Source of the DNA: a virus
Taxonomy: Duplodnaviria; Heunggongvirae; Uroviricota; Caudoviricetes
Length of the DNA: 6,437 nucleotides
Virus record (IMG/VR): IMGVR_UViG_2617270947_000009
Strand: one strand, 5' to 3'
Of the stretch, positions 1 through 6,011 are shown one piece after another. Position numbers and translations under genes: made by a program. Positions within the stretch are counted from its first letter, which is position 1. Every line of letters begins with the position of its first letter. The notes beneath the pieces were generated by a model that had not been told where the DNA came from, did no database searches, and saw only the letters and a list, made by a program, of their open reading frames with translations.

Positions 1-341
1 CCCGTCGACCGTCCGGCACGGTCCATCACAGTGATAAAGGTTCTCAGTATGTATCGCTGGCCTACACACAGCGGCTTAAGGAAGCCGGATTACTGGCATC
101 AACAGGAAGTACAGGCGACTCGTATGACAACGCGATGGCGGAGAGCATCAATGGTCTTTACAAAGCGGAGGTAATACACCGTAAGAGCTGGAAAAACCGT
201 GCAGAAGTGGAACTGGCCACACTCACGTGGGTGGACTGGTATAACAATCGACGATTGCTGGAAAGGCTGGGCCATACTCCTCCGGCAGAAGCAGAAAAAG
301 CTTATTATGCTTCCATCAGAAACGATGATCTGGCAGCCTGA
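1..341 (+). CDS. IS3-family transposase OrfB (DDE integrase domain), C-terminal portion; 5'-partial at window edge
   Basis: Open frame 3-341, TGA stop at 339-341; conserved HSDKGSQY and YDNAMAESINGLYKAE motifs; the ATG at 135 in the ORF track is internal, not the true start. Confidence 0.85.
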   Translation, partial: RRPSGTVHHSDKGSQYVSLAYTQRLKEAGLLASTGSTGDSYDNAMAESINGLYKAEVIHRKSWKNRAEVELATLTWVDWYNNRRLLERLGHTPPAEAEKAYYASIRNDDLAA

Positions 342-383
342 GTTCACAGATAAAACACTCTCCAGGAAAACCGGGGCGGTTCA
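1..383 (+). mobile_element. Partial IS3-family insertion sequence (3' part of transposase gene plus terminal inverted repeat); the copy continues beyond the window start
   Basis: Frame-3 translation from nt 3 gives RRPSGTVHHSDKGSQYVSLAYTQRLKEAGLLASTGSTGDSYDNAMAESINGLYKAEVIH..., a DDE integrase-core signature (HSDxGSQY, DNAxAES..K..E) typical of IS3-family OrfB. After the TGA at 339-341 comes an approx. 42-bp terminal sequence ending ...CCGGGGCGGTTCA at 383 (outside-in: TGAACCGCCCCGG, the TGA...-type terminus of IS3-family elements). The same sequence occurs reverse-complemented at 6009-6437. Confidence 0.85.
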
Positions 384-386
384 CTG

Positions 387-2204
387 GTGGATAAATCCGG
401 CGCAGTCACAGCAGCACAGACTATTACCTCACATGGTGAAAAAAGACTCCTGACAGGTTCGGCAAAGCGGGGGGCATATCACGCCATAAACGCACAGAAA
501 CGACCTCACAGCATCATAATTGCTGAGGGGGTGGCTACCGCCCTGTCGTGCCATTTAATTCGCCCTGACGCAATGACAGTGGCAGCAATCGACGCTGGCA
601 ACCTGTTGCCAGTAGCGGAAGTCATGCGCAGAACATATCCACAGGCACAAATCATCATTGCCGCAGATAACGATCACCAGCAAGGAAACTCCGAAAGTGG
701 AGGGATCAACACGGGGAAAGATGCCGCAGAGAGGGCCGCTATTTCCGTAGCTGGCTGGGTGTCTCTGCCACCGACTGACTATAAAGCCGACTGGAACGAC
801 TATCACCAACAACACGGGCTGGCGGCAGCCACAGCAGCATTTAAAGATTCGATGTACCAGCCACGGGGGAAAGGGGCGCAGGTGAAAAATCACAAACAGT
901 CAGTCGGGGCGCTGAATGAGATCAGTTCTGGCGAGGTGTTAAGCGATGATGAAATTGCTGTCCTCGAAGAAATCAACCGGACGTTTACGCATGTCACCAT
1001 CGGCGGGAAACACAAGGGGGGGTCGCTAAAGCCTTCTCAAAACGGCGGGGTATCGCACCTTTTTGAGGGTTTATCACAATTTCAGCATTATTTTCATCAT
1101 AAACCGAGAGTCGCCAGAAAGCTGGCGGGATCGGCGTGGCTGTCATGGAGTGGGAAGAACTACAAGCCAGGAGGCGTAGGATTTTATCCAGTACCAGACA
1201 AATGCCCTGACGATGTTTTTAATCTGTATGAGGGGCTGGCACTGGAACCAATTGAAGGAGATTGCACGGTATACCTTAATCACCTGTTGCAGGTTGTCTG
1301 TGCCGGTAATGAAGAGGCATACCAATATCTTATCCAGTGGATGGCGCACATTATCCAAAAGCCTGATGAAAAACCGTCCGTGGCAATCGTGATGAAATCT
1401 GTCCCGGGCACAGGGAAAGGCACAACGGTTAAACCGCTGCTGCAAATACTGGGGCAGTACGCCGCCCACATTAACGGGGCGGGACATATTTCAGGGCGCT
1501 TCAATTCAATACTTGCTAACAAACTACTGGTATTTGCTGACGAAGTGACGATCCACAAGCCGTCTGAAGCTGACAGACTTAAAGCGATTATTAGTGAACC
1601 GACGTTTAACCTTGAGCGCAAGGGAATTGATGCTGAACCAATGCCGAATTTTGCCCGGTTGATATTTGCCAGTAACAGCACACAGGTATTACAGGCAGGG
1701 ATAAGAGAGCGTCGCTATCTCGTGCTTGAGCCATCTCCTGAAAAAGCACAGAGCCGGGAGTATTTTGATCGGCTGTACAGTTGGCTTAATGATGGCGGTG
1801 CCGCAAAGTTGCTTTGGCATCTTAAAGGGGTGGATCTCTCAGGTTTTGACCCTCAACGAGCGCCACAGACCGATGCCTTACGTGAAGAAATCTTGCTGGG
1901 GCTGTCTGGCGTTGAATTGTTTCTTTATGGCGAGCTAATCAATGAACCTCCGTTTAATGGCGAAGTCCGTTTGTTTGCAAAGGATATGGTTAGTCGGTTT
2001 GTAGCGTGGTCGCTTGAGCGTGGGGAAAAGCTTAAAGAACCAGCTGCCAGATCACTACTGGGTAAATCACTTGCACAAATGGGGCTGGTGAAGCATGGAA
2101 GACCAGACCGAGGGAATGGCGTGTTCTACGAACTACCAGAGGTCGGAGTTCTACAGGCTGCGTTTGCCCGTCTGATCGGTATGGGGGGTTATGATGTTTT
2201 TTAA
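387..2204 (+). CDS. P4 alpha-type primase/helicase, N-terminally truncated at the IS junction (likely pseudogene or remnant)
   Basis: Toprim motif AEGVATA (E codon at 525-527) and IIIAADNDHQ DxD motif (D codons 666-668 and 672-674); Walker A VPGTGKGT (approx. 1404-1424) and Walker B LLVFADE (approx. 1525-1545). The open frame begins immediately at the IS end (384), with GTG at 387 as first possible start. In P4 alpha the EGYATA motif lies about 170 residues further from the N-terminus, so about 170 aa including the zinc-binding region appear missing. Stop TAA at 2202-2204. Confidence 0.8.
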   Translation: MDKSGAVTAAQTITSHGEKRLLTGSAKRGAYHAINAQKRPHSIIIAEGVATALSCHLIRPDAMTVAAIDAGNLLPVAEVMRRTYPQAQIIIAADNDHQQGNSESGGINTGKDAAERAAISVAGWVSLPPTDYKADWNDYHQQHGLAAATAAFKDSMYQPRGKGAQVKNHKQSVGALNEISSGEVLSDDEIAVLEEINRTFTHVTIGGKHKGGSLKPSQNGGVSHLFEGLSQFQHYFHHKPRVARKLAGSAWLSWSGKNYKPGGVGFYPVPDKCPDDVFNLYEGLALEPIEGDCTVYLNHLLQVVCAGNEEAYQYLIQWMAHIIQKPDEKPSVAIVMKSVPGTGKGTTVKPLLQILGQYAAHINGAGHISGRFNSILANKLLVFADEVTIHKPSEADRLKAIISEPTFNLERKGIDAEPMPNFARLIFASNSTQVLQAGIRERRYLVLEPSPEKAQSREYFDRLYSWLNDGGAAKLLWHLKGVDLSGFDPQRAPQTDALREEILLGLSGVELFLYGELINEPPFNGEVRLFAKDMVSRFVAWSLERGEKLKEPAARSLLGKSLAQMGLVKHGRPDRGNGVFYELPEVGVLQAAFARLIGMGGYDVF

Positions 2205-2233
2205 TATAGTCTTTTTACAAGAAGATCGTTTTT

Positions 2234-2337
2234 ACCTGTACCACCTATACCACTTTGATAATTCAGCATTAAAAACAATGCGTTATAGTGGTACAGGTCA
2301 ATATCTTACCTATACCAGACCTGTACCACCTATACCA
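2234..2337. repeat. Iteron cluster downstream of primase (candidate origin): 19-bp direct repeat ACCTGTACCACCTATACCA at 2234-2252 and 2319-2337, inverted core copy GTGGTACAGGT at 2288-2298, partial copy CCTATACCAG at 2308-2317, flanking an AT-rich stretch (2254-2287)
   Basis: Repeats read directly from the sequence; the arrangement of iterons next to an AT-rich segment just 3' of a primase/helicase gene resembles P4 ori and SaPI/PICI origins. Confidence 0.6.
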
Positions 2338-2380
2338 TTAACAAACGCATTTCTTCTGGCTGGCTGAAAGGGAACAACCA

Positions 2381-2611
2381 ATGATGAGCACACCATTTTA
2401 CAAAGTGCGCCAGTTAGCTTCTTCCTCTGGCTGGCAGCTACGGTTTGAGGGGCGTTCAGACTGGCTACCCATTGCGGCATGGGCGAATGTTGAAATGTGT
2501 ATTGACGGCGATACCGTTGAAATCATTATTCCCTGCGTGGCAAGTCGGGACGGCTGTATAGAGCCAACAGATATGGCAGCAGAAATCAGAGAGGTAAAAC
2601 ATGAACAATAA
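2381..2611 (+). CDS. Hypothetical protein, 76 aa
   Basis: ATG at 2381 preceded by AAAGGG (2368-2373) at appropriate spacing; overlaps the next gene by 11 nt (translational coupling); no family recognised by eye. Confidence 0.55.
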   Translation: MMSTPFYKVRQLASSSGWQLRFEGRSDWLPIAAWANVEMCIDGDTVEIIIPCVASRDGCIEPTDMAAEIREVKHEQ

Positions 2612-3338
2612 CTATTGCATACCGCAGGGAATGACCAGAACGGAGCGCGAAGAATTAAAAAGTTTCGCTACACAGTGCGGGAATGCTGGCGACATCCAAA
2701 GTCTGGAACGCACTTTAATTATGATTACGCACTGGATGCGTCAGGGGCAAAGGGTTTCATTTACTGAATATGCCAGCCAGTGGACAGAGGCACAGCGCGA
2801 ACGGAGCGACGGTAATCACTCAACACCCGAAATGGCGAAGCAATGGCCTTTCAGTGGTAAACGCTGTATCAGTCCCGGTGGTTCAGATTATTACCCTGCT
2901 GGTGTGGGAGATGAGCCATGTTGTGACGAGACTGAAATCCGCCACGCAGTGACAGTAATTACCGCTGAATACCCACAATTTAACCTTGACGGACTGGCGC
3001 TCCACAACCGGAATGCGGACTGGGAAAACCCGCTTGATAACCCGTCATTTATCGTATCGGCGAAAAGCTGCCTGAGATGGATCAGAGACAACGGGATGAG
3101 TAATGCCCAGATTGAGAGCTTCCCGCAGGATAACCCCACATCTGACACGTTGAAGCATGAAGTGGAGCGATATAACCAGATAAACCACCAGCACAGTGAT
3201 CACCCGCACTATATCCCCAACGGAGCATTTATTGCGGCGATGGTGGCAAGCGGCTACAAGGTTAAGCCAGCGGGAAGAATGAACGCATTTTTCAATATTT
3301 CAAAAAAGGGATTATGTGCTGCTATGGGTAAAAATTAA
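2601..3338 (+). CDS. Hypothetical protein, 245 aa
   Basis: ATG at 2601 preceded by GAGAGG (2588-2593); open frame to TAA at 3336-3338; ORF of this length in the same orientation as neighbours; no recognisable catalytic motif. Confidence 0.6.
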   Translation: MNNNYCIPQGMTRTEREELKSFATQCGNAGDIQSLERTLIMITHWMRQGQRVSFTEYASQWTEAQRERSDGNHSTPEMAKQWPFSGKRCISPGGSDYYPAGVGDEPCCDETEIRHAVTVITAEYPQFNLDGLALHNRNADWENPLDNPSFIVSAKSCLRWIRDNGMSNAQIESFPQDNPTSDTLKHEVERYNQINHQHSDHPHYIPNGAFIAAMVASGYKVKPAGRMNAFFNISKKGLCAAMGKN

Positions 3339-3343
3339 ATAAA

Positions 3344-3447
3344 TGGTACAGGTCTGTACAGGTGGGGAGAGGTCATTTTTACCCACCTGTACCACCTGCA
3401 GGCCGCGTCACAAAAGGGTTTGTGACATGGTGGTACAGGTGGTACAG
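3344..3447. repeat. Second iteron cluster with the same core (CCTGTACCACC / GGTGGTACAGG): GGTACAGGT 3345-3353, TGTACAGGTGG 3355-3365, CACCTGTACCACCTG 3384-3398, GGTGGTACAGGTGGTACAG 3429-3447; the last two form an inverted repeat around the palindrome at 3407-3426
   Basis: Read directly from the sequence; same core motif as the 2234-2337 cluster, present in both orientations. Confidence 0.6.
3407..3426. promoter_or_regulatory. Perfect palindrome GTCACAAA-AGGG-TTTGTGAC (8-bp arms, 4-nt spacer) nested between inverted iterons; candidate protein-binding site
   Basis: Exact reverse-complement arms at 3407-3414 and 3419-3426; not followed by a T-run, so unlikely to be a terminator. Confidence 0.4.
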
Positions 3448-3611
3448 CAAAAACAGCGATTTTCTTTATAAGGTTTTATAAGGTATGTTTTGCTCATCTG
3501 GCAGACGGAGGTATTCGCTGCGGTTTGGCACATAGCCCAGAACAGCAAAGAGTTTTACGAGACTTTTGTAAAATCCAGTGTACAAGGGCGTGACGTTTTT
3601 GAAGGAGGGAC

Positions 3612-3628
3612 CTACGAAATTTTCGTAG
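3612..3628. promoter_or_regulatory. 17-bp perfect palindrome CTACGAAA-T-TTTCGTAG; candidate operator
   Basis: Arms 3612-3619 and 3621-3628 are exact reverse complements; AT-rich centre; preceded by a GAAGGAGGG stretch (3601-3609) with no start codon following. Confidence 0.35.
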
Positions 3629-3822
3629 TTCAAAAAATAGCCTCTGAGATGTTGTTATGCCTGTTCAGCAAACCATCCGCATAGCTGATCGCGAATCAAA
3701 TTACCAATGGAGCCAGAAGCAAGGGCAGAACTGGAAAGCGCCTGCCGTGAAGAGTAATGCGACATCGTAAATATAGTTTTTAGAGTCCATAAAAAAACTG
3801 TCAAAACCTGACATACAGAACG

Positions 3823-3855
3823 ATGCCACCAGCTACTGAACGGTGGCATTTTTTT
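3823..3855 (+). terminator. Rho-independent terminator (8-bp GC-rich stem ATGCCACC/GGTGGCAT, 11-nt loop, run of 7 T)
   Basis: Stem 3823-3830 pairs with 3842-3849; T-run 3849-3855; orientation fits + strand transcription only. Confidence 0.6.
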
Positions 3856-3874
3856 GTGCTATTTGTTTCATATT

Positions 3875-3917
3875 TTGCAATCACAATGATGAATGTTGCG
3901 TTTTATGAAACTATAAT
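3875..3917 (+). promoter_or_regulatory. Putative promoter for the downstream operon: consensus -10 TATAAT at 3912-3917; no good -35 at 16-18 bp spacing (TTGCAA at 3875-3880 is 31 bp upstream)
   Basis: Perfect -10 hexamer 34 nt upstream of the 3951 start codon and downstream of the terminator; the lack of a -35 suggests activator dependence or a misplaced call. Confidence 0.35.
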
Positions 3918-3950
3918 GACTGTTGTTTTATACAGTTCTAAGGGGGCGTT

Positions 3951-4124
3951 ATGGCTATTTCAGTAAAGCCAGTATTGATAAGTGAGAAGCAAATGGAAGC
4001 GATAAAGAAAATTCAGGAGGAGCAGCGTAAAAAATCAGAGGTAGGAGTTGCGCCAACGATCCACGAAATTGCTCGGGGATTAATGGATAAGGCGCTGGCT
4101 TACACTTTAACTGGACGTGGGTAA
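3951..4124 (+). CDS. Small hypothetical protein, 57 aa (MAISVKPVLISEKQMEAIKKIQEEQRKKSEVGVAPTIHEIARGLMDKALAYTLTGRG); possible small DNA-binding (ribbon-helix-helix-like) protein; absent from the supplied ORF track
   Basis: ATG at 3951 preceded by a strong Shine-Dalgarno AAGGGGG (3940-3946); stop TAA at 4122-4124, 4 nt before the ATG of the next gene; predicted strand-helix-turn-helix layout is inferred by eye only. Confidence 0.55.
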   Translation: MAISVKPVLISEKQMEAIKKIQEEQRKKSEVGVAPTIHEIARGLMDKALAYTLTGRG

Positions 4125-4128
4125 ATCA

Positions 4129-5595
4129 ATGGCTACGTGGCAACAGGGTATTAATTCTGGTGGTTTTCTGGCTGGCATCGGTACGCAAAATGAGAATGCG
4201 CCAAAGGCAAGCGACATTAACGCAACGCTTGGTCTGATCCGCGAAAACAATGAACTGGCTCGATCAGGTGCAAATAACGTTGCTCTGACAGGTCTTCGTG
4301 GTCTGGCTGGAGTTGCTGATATTTATAAGCAGCAGCAACAGCAGGAGCGTAAAGCGGCATTCCAGAAAGGTTATGCAGATGCTTATGCGTCCGGTGACAG
4401 GGAGCAGATGCGTAATCTTATTACAGCATTCCCAGAAGAGTTTGAGGAAGTCCGTAAAGGGATGAGTTATGTCGATGATGCTCAAAGGGATGATTATGGC
4501 AATCTGGCGCTCAAAGCACAGGTAGCCTCATCGCTTGGTCAGGGCGCATTTGGCAGGTTCATGATGGATAATGAGCAGGAGATGCGTCGTTTAGGTATCC
4601 CTCCAGAAACTATTGCTGAAATGCAGGTTAATGACCCGCAGGGCTTCCAGCATTTCGCAGGTAATCTGGCGCTGTTTTCTCTCGGTCATGAGAAGTATTT
4701 CGATATCAAAGATCAAATGGAAGGTCGGGATATTGAACGTGGCAAGTTGGCAGAGACAATCCGCAGCAATCAGGCCAGCGAAGCACTTCAGGCGAGAGGG
4801 CAGGATATTAGCCGAGCAAATGCGTTAACGTCAGCATATGCACCAACAGCAGCAATGCAGAATTACAATCAGTACGCTCAAATGTTAAAGGCGGATCCAG
4901 AGGGGGCGGCGGCATTTGCGGCAGCGGCTGGAATTAATACAAACGCCAAAAAATTAATGAGTGTTAGAGAAAACGATGATGGCACTGTCACAAAATACTA
5001 CACAGACGGAAGTGAAGAGCAGGGAAAACTAAACCAGCCAATATCTGGAGATGGGTTTCGTCCAATAGCTTTGCCAACAGCCCAAAAGATCATGGAAAAG
5101 TCGCCAGAAGGGGCTAAAAAAGCTGCTGGATTTGCATACAGAGTTAGGGATGCTCTTGATTCAATGGATACACTGAAAGGCCAGCTTAGCCCACAGCGAG
5201 TGGCGATCATTAATAATGCTTTGGGTAATGGGACGCTGGCTAACTTAACGCTCACCCCAACAGAGCAGCAATACGTTGTTAATGCTAATGACGCAATAAT
5301 GGCAATACTCCGTCAGGAAACAGGGGCAGCTATCGTACCTGCTGAAATGTCAAAATATTATCAAATGTATTTCCCTCAGCCTGGCGACTCCACAAAAACC
5401 ATTGATACCAAGCGCCGGAAGATGGAAAACCAGTTCAATTCGCTGAAAGCTGCTTCTGGTCGAGCTTATGATGCTTTGCGGGTTATTTCAGCAGTTGACA
5501 GAGGGACTTCTTCTTCGTCGCAGACATTGCCGCAATCTGAGCAGGTATCACAGCCAGCAGCCAGCAGTAATTTTTCTTCACTATGGGGTGATTAA
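4129..5595 (+). CDS. Hypothetical protein, about 488 aa (492 aa if the GTG at 4117 is used); Ala/Gln/Gly-rich, low complexity with a QQQQQ run, no catalytic motif recognised
   Basis: Long uninterrupted frame; ATG at 4129 closely follows the upstream stop; stop TAA at 5593-5595 overlaps the next start (TAATG); the composition is the kind seen in phage scaffold, ejection or tape-measure-like proteins, but the family is not identified. Confidence 0.65.
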   Translation: MATWQQGINSGGFLAGIGTQNENAPKASDINATLGLIRENNELARSGANNVALTGLRGLAGVADIYKQQQQQERKAAFQKGYADAYASGDREQMRNLITAFPEEFEEVRKGMSYVDDAQRDDYGNLALKAQVASSLGQGAFGRFMMDNEQEMRRLGIPPETIAEMQVNDPQGFQHFAGNLALFSLGHEKYFDIKDQMEGRDIERGKLAETIRSNQASEALQARGQDISRANALTSAYAPTAAMQNYNQYAQMLKADPEGAAAFAAAAGINTNAKKLMSVRENDDGTVTKYYTDGSEEQGKLNQPISGDGFRPIALPTAQKIMEKSPEGAKKAAGFAYRVRDALDSMDTLKGQLSPQRVAIINNALGNGTLANLTLTPTEQQYVVNANDAIMAILRQETGAAIVPAEMSKYYQMYFPQPGDSTKTIDTKRRKMENQFNSLKAASGRAYDALRVISAVDRGTSSSSQTLPQSEQVSQPAASSNFSSLWGD

Positions 5596-6011
5596 TGGCT
5601 AAAGCATGGAAAGATGTTATCGCCTCTCCACAGTATCAGGCGTTAGCACCAGAACAAAAAGCGCAGGCTCAGGAGCAATACTTCAATGAAGTCGTGGCCC
5701 CGCAAGCCGGAGAAAGTGTAGCGCAGGCTAAGCAGGCTTTTTATGCTGCCTATCCACTACCATCAACGAATGAAATAGACCGATCCCAATCAGCAACTCA
5801 AAATATTCAACATACATCATCTGATAATTCTCTTGCGTCAGGGTATGCAAAGTTAGCGACTCAGCAAAGAGAGGGGCTTGAGCGTTCAGCAGAACAGGGA
5901 GCCAGTCTTGGGGCTGCGATGCGCGATGCTATAACAGGCGAAAGCCGAATGACTCCAGAGATGGAGAGACTGCAAAATGTCGACCTTGCCCCAGAGTTAA
6001 CCTCACTCTGA
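5595..6011 (+). CDS. Hypothetical protein, 138 aa as it stands; probably C-terminally truncated, because the stop codon TGA (6009-6011) is the first three bases of the IS terminus
   Basis: ATG at 5595 overlaps the preceding stop (translational coupling); the last native codon ends at 6008 and the IS end TGAACCGCCCCGG begins at 6009. Confidence 0.55.
   Translation: MAKAWKDVIASPQYQALAPEQKAQAQEQYFNEVVAPQAGESVAQAKQAFYAAYPLPSTNEIDRSQSATQNIQHTSSDNSLASGYAKLATQQREGLERSAEQGASLGAAMRDAITGESRMTPEMERLQNVDLAPELTSL

Noticed and set aside
384-400. DnaA-box-like sequence GGTGGATAA at the IS/primase junction
   Set aside because: A single imperfect 9-mer, created partly by the junction itself; insufficient evidence for a functional site.
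99-453. Track ORFs 99-347 (-) and 199-453 (+) overlapping the IS end
   Set aside because: They lie in alternative frames of the IS transposase 3' region and terminal repeat; the conserved DDE-domain frame (3-341, +) explains this DNA, and the same spurious ORFs recur at the mirrored copy (6045-6293 + and 5861-6193 -).
555-1938. Track ORFs inside the primase gene (555-893 -, 1143-1487 -, 1280-1681 -, 1726-1938 +)
   Set aside because: Entirely nested within or antisense to the primase frame, which carries the Toprim and Walker motifs; Cys/Trp-rich odd compositions and no ribosome-binding sites.
2770-3148. Track ORFs 2770-2952 (+) and 2891-3148 (-) inside the 245-aa gene
   Set aside because: Nested in alternative frames of a longer, better-supported ORF; no independent start signals.
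3490-3849. Track ORFs 3490-3684 (+, TTG start) and 3655-3849 (-) in the long intergenic region
   Set aside because: No Shine-Dalgarno; the + ORF uses a TTG start and runs through the 17-bp palindrome; the - ORF would start inside the terminator stem and has an implausible Trp/Cys-rich composition. The region is better explained as regulatory or non-coding.
3823-3855. Terminator hairpin read on the minus strand
   Set aside because: On the minus strand the U-run would precede rather than follow the stem, so it can only act as an intrinsic terminator for + strand transcription.
4264-5255. Track ORFs nested in the 492-aa gene (4264-4485 -, 4613-4828 +, 4998-5255 -)
   Set aside because: Alternative-frame or antisense ORFs inside a long coupled gene; no supporting signals.
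4117-5595. The 57-aa gene plus the approx. 490-aa gene as an RHH accessory protein plus relaxase (mobilisation module with oriT upstream)
   Set aside because: The large protein lacks the histidine-triad (HxH/HUH) and catalytic-Tyr motif arrangement expected of relaxases; it has only two His in total, so the mobilisation interpretation is not supported.
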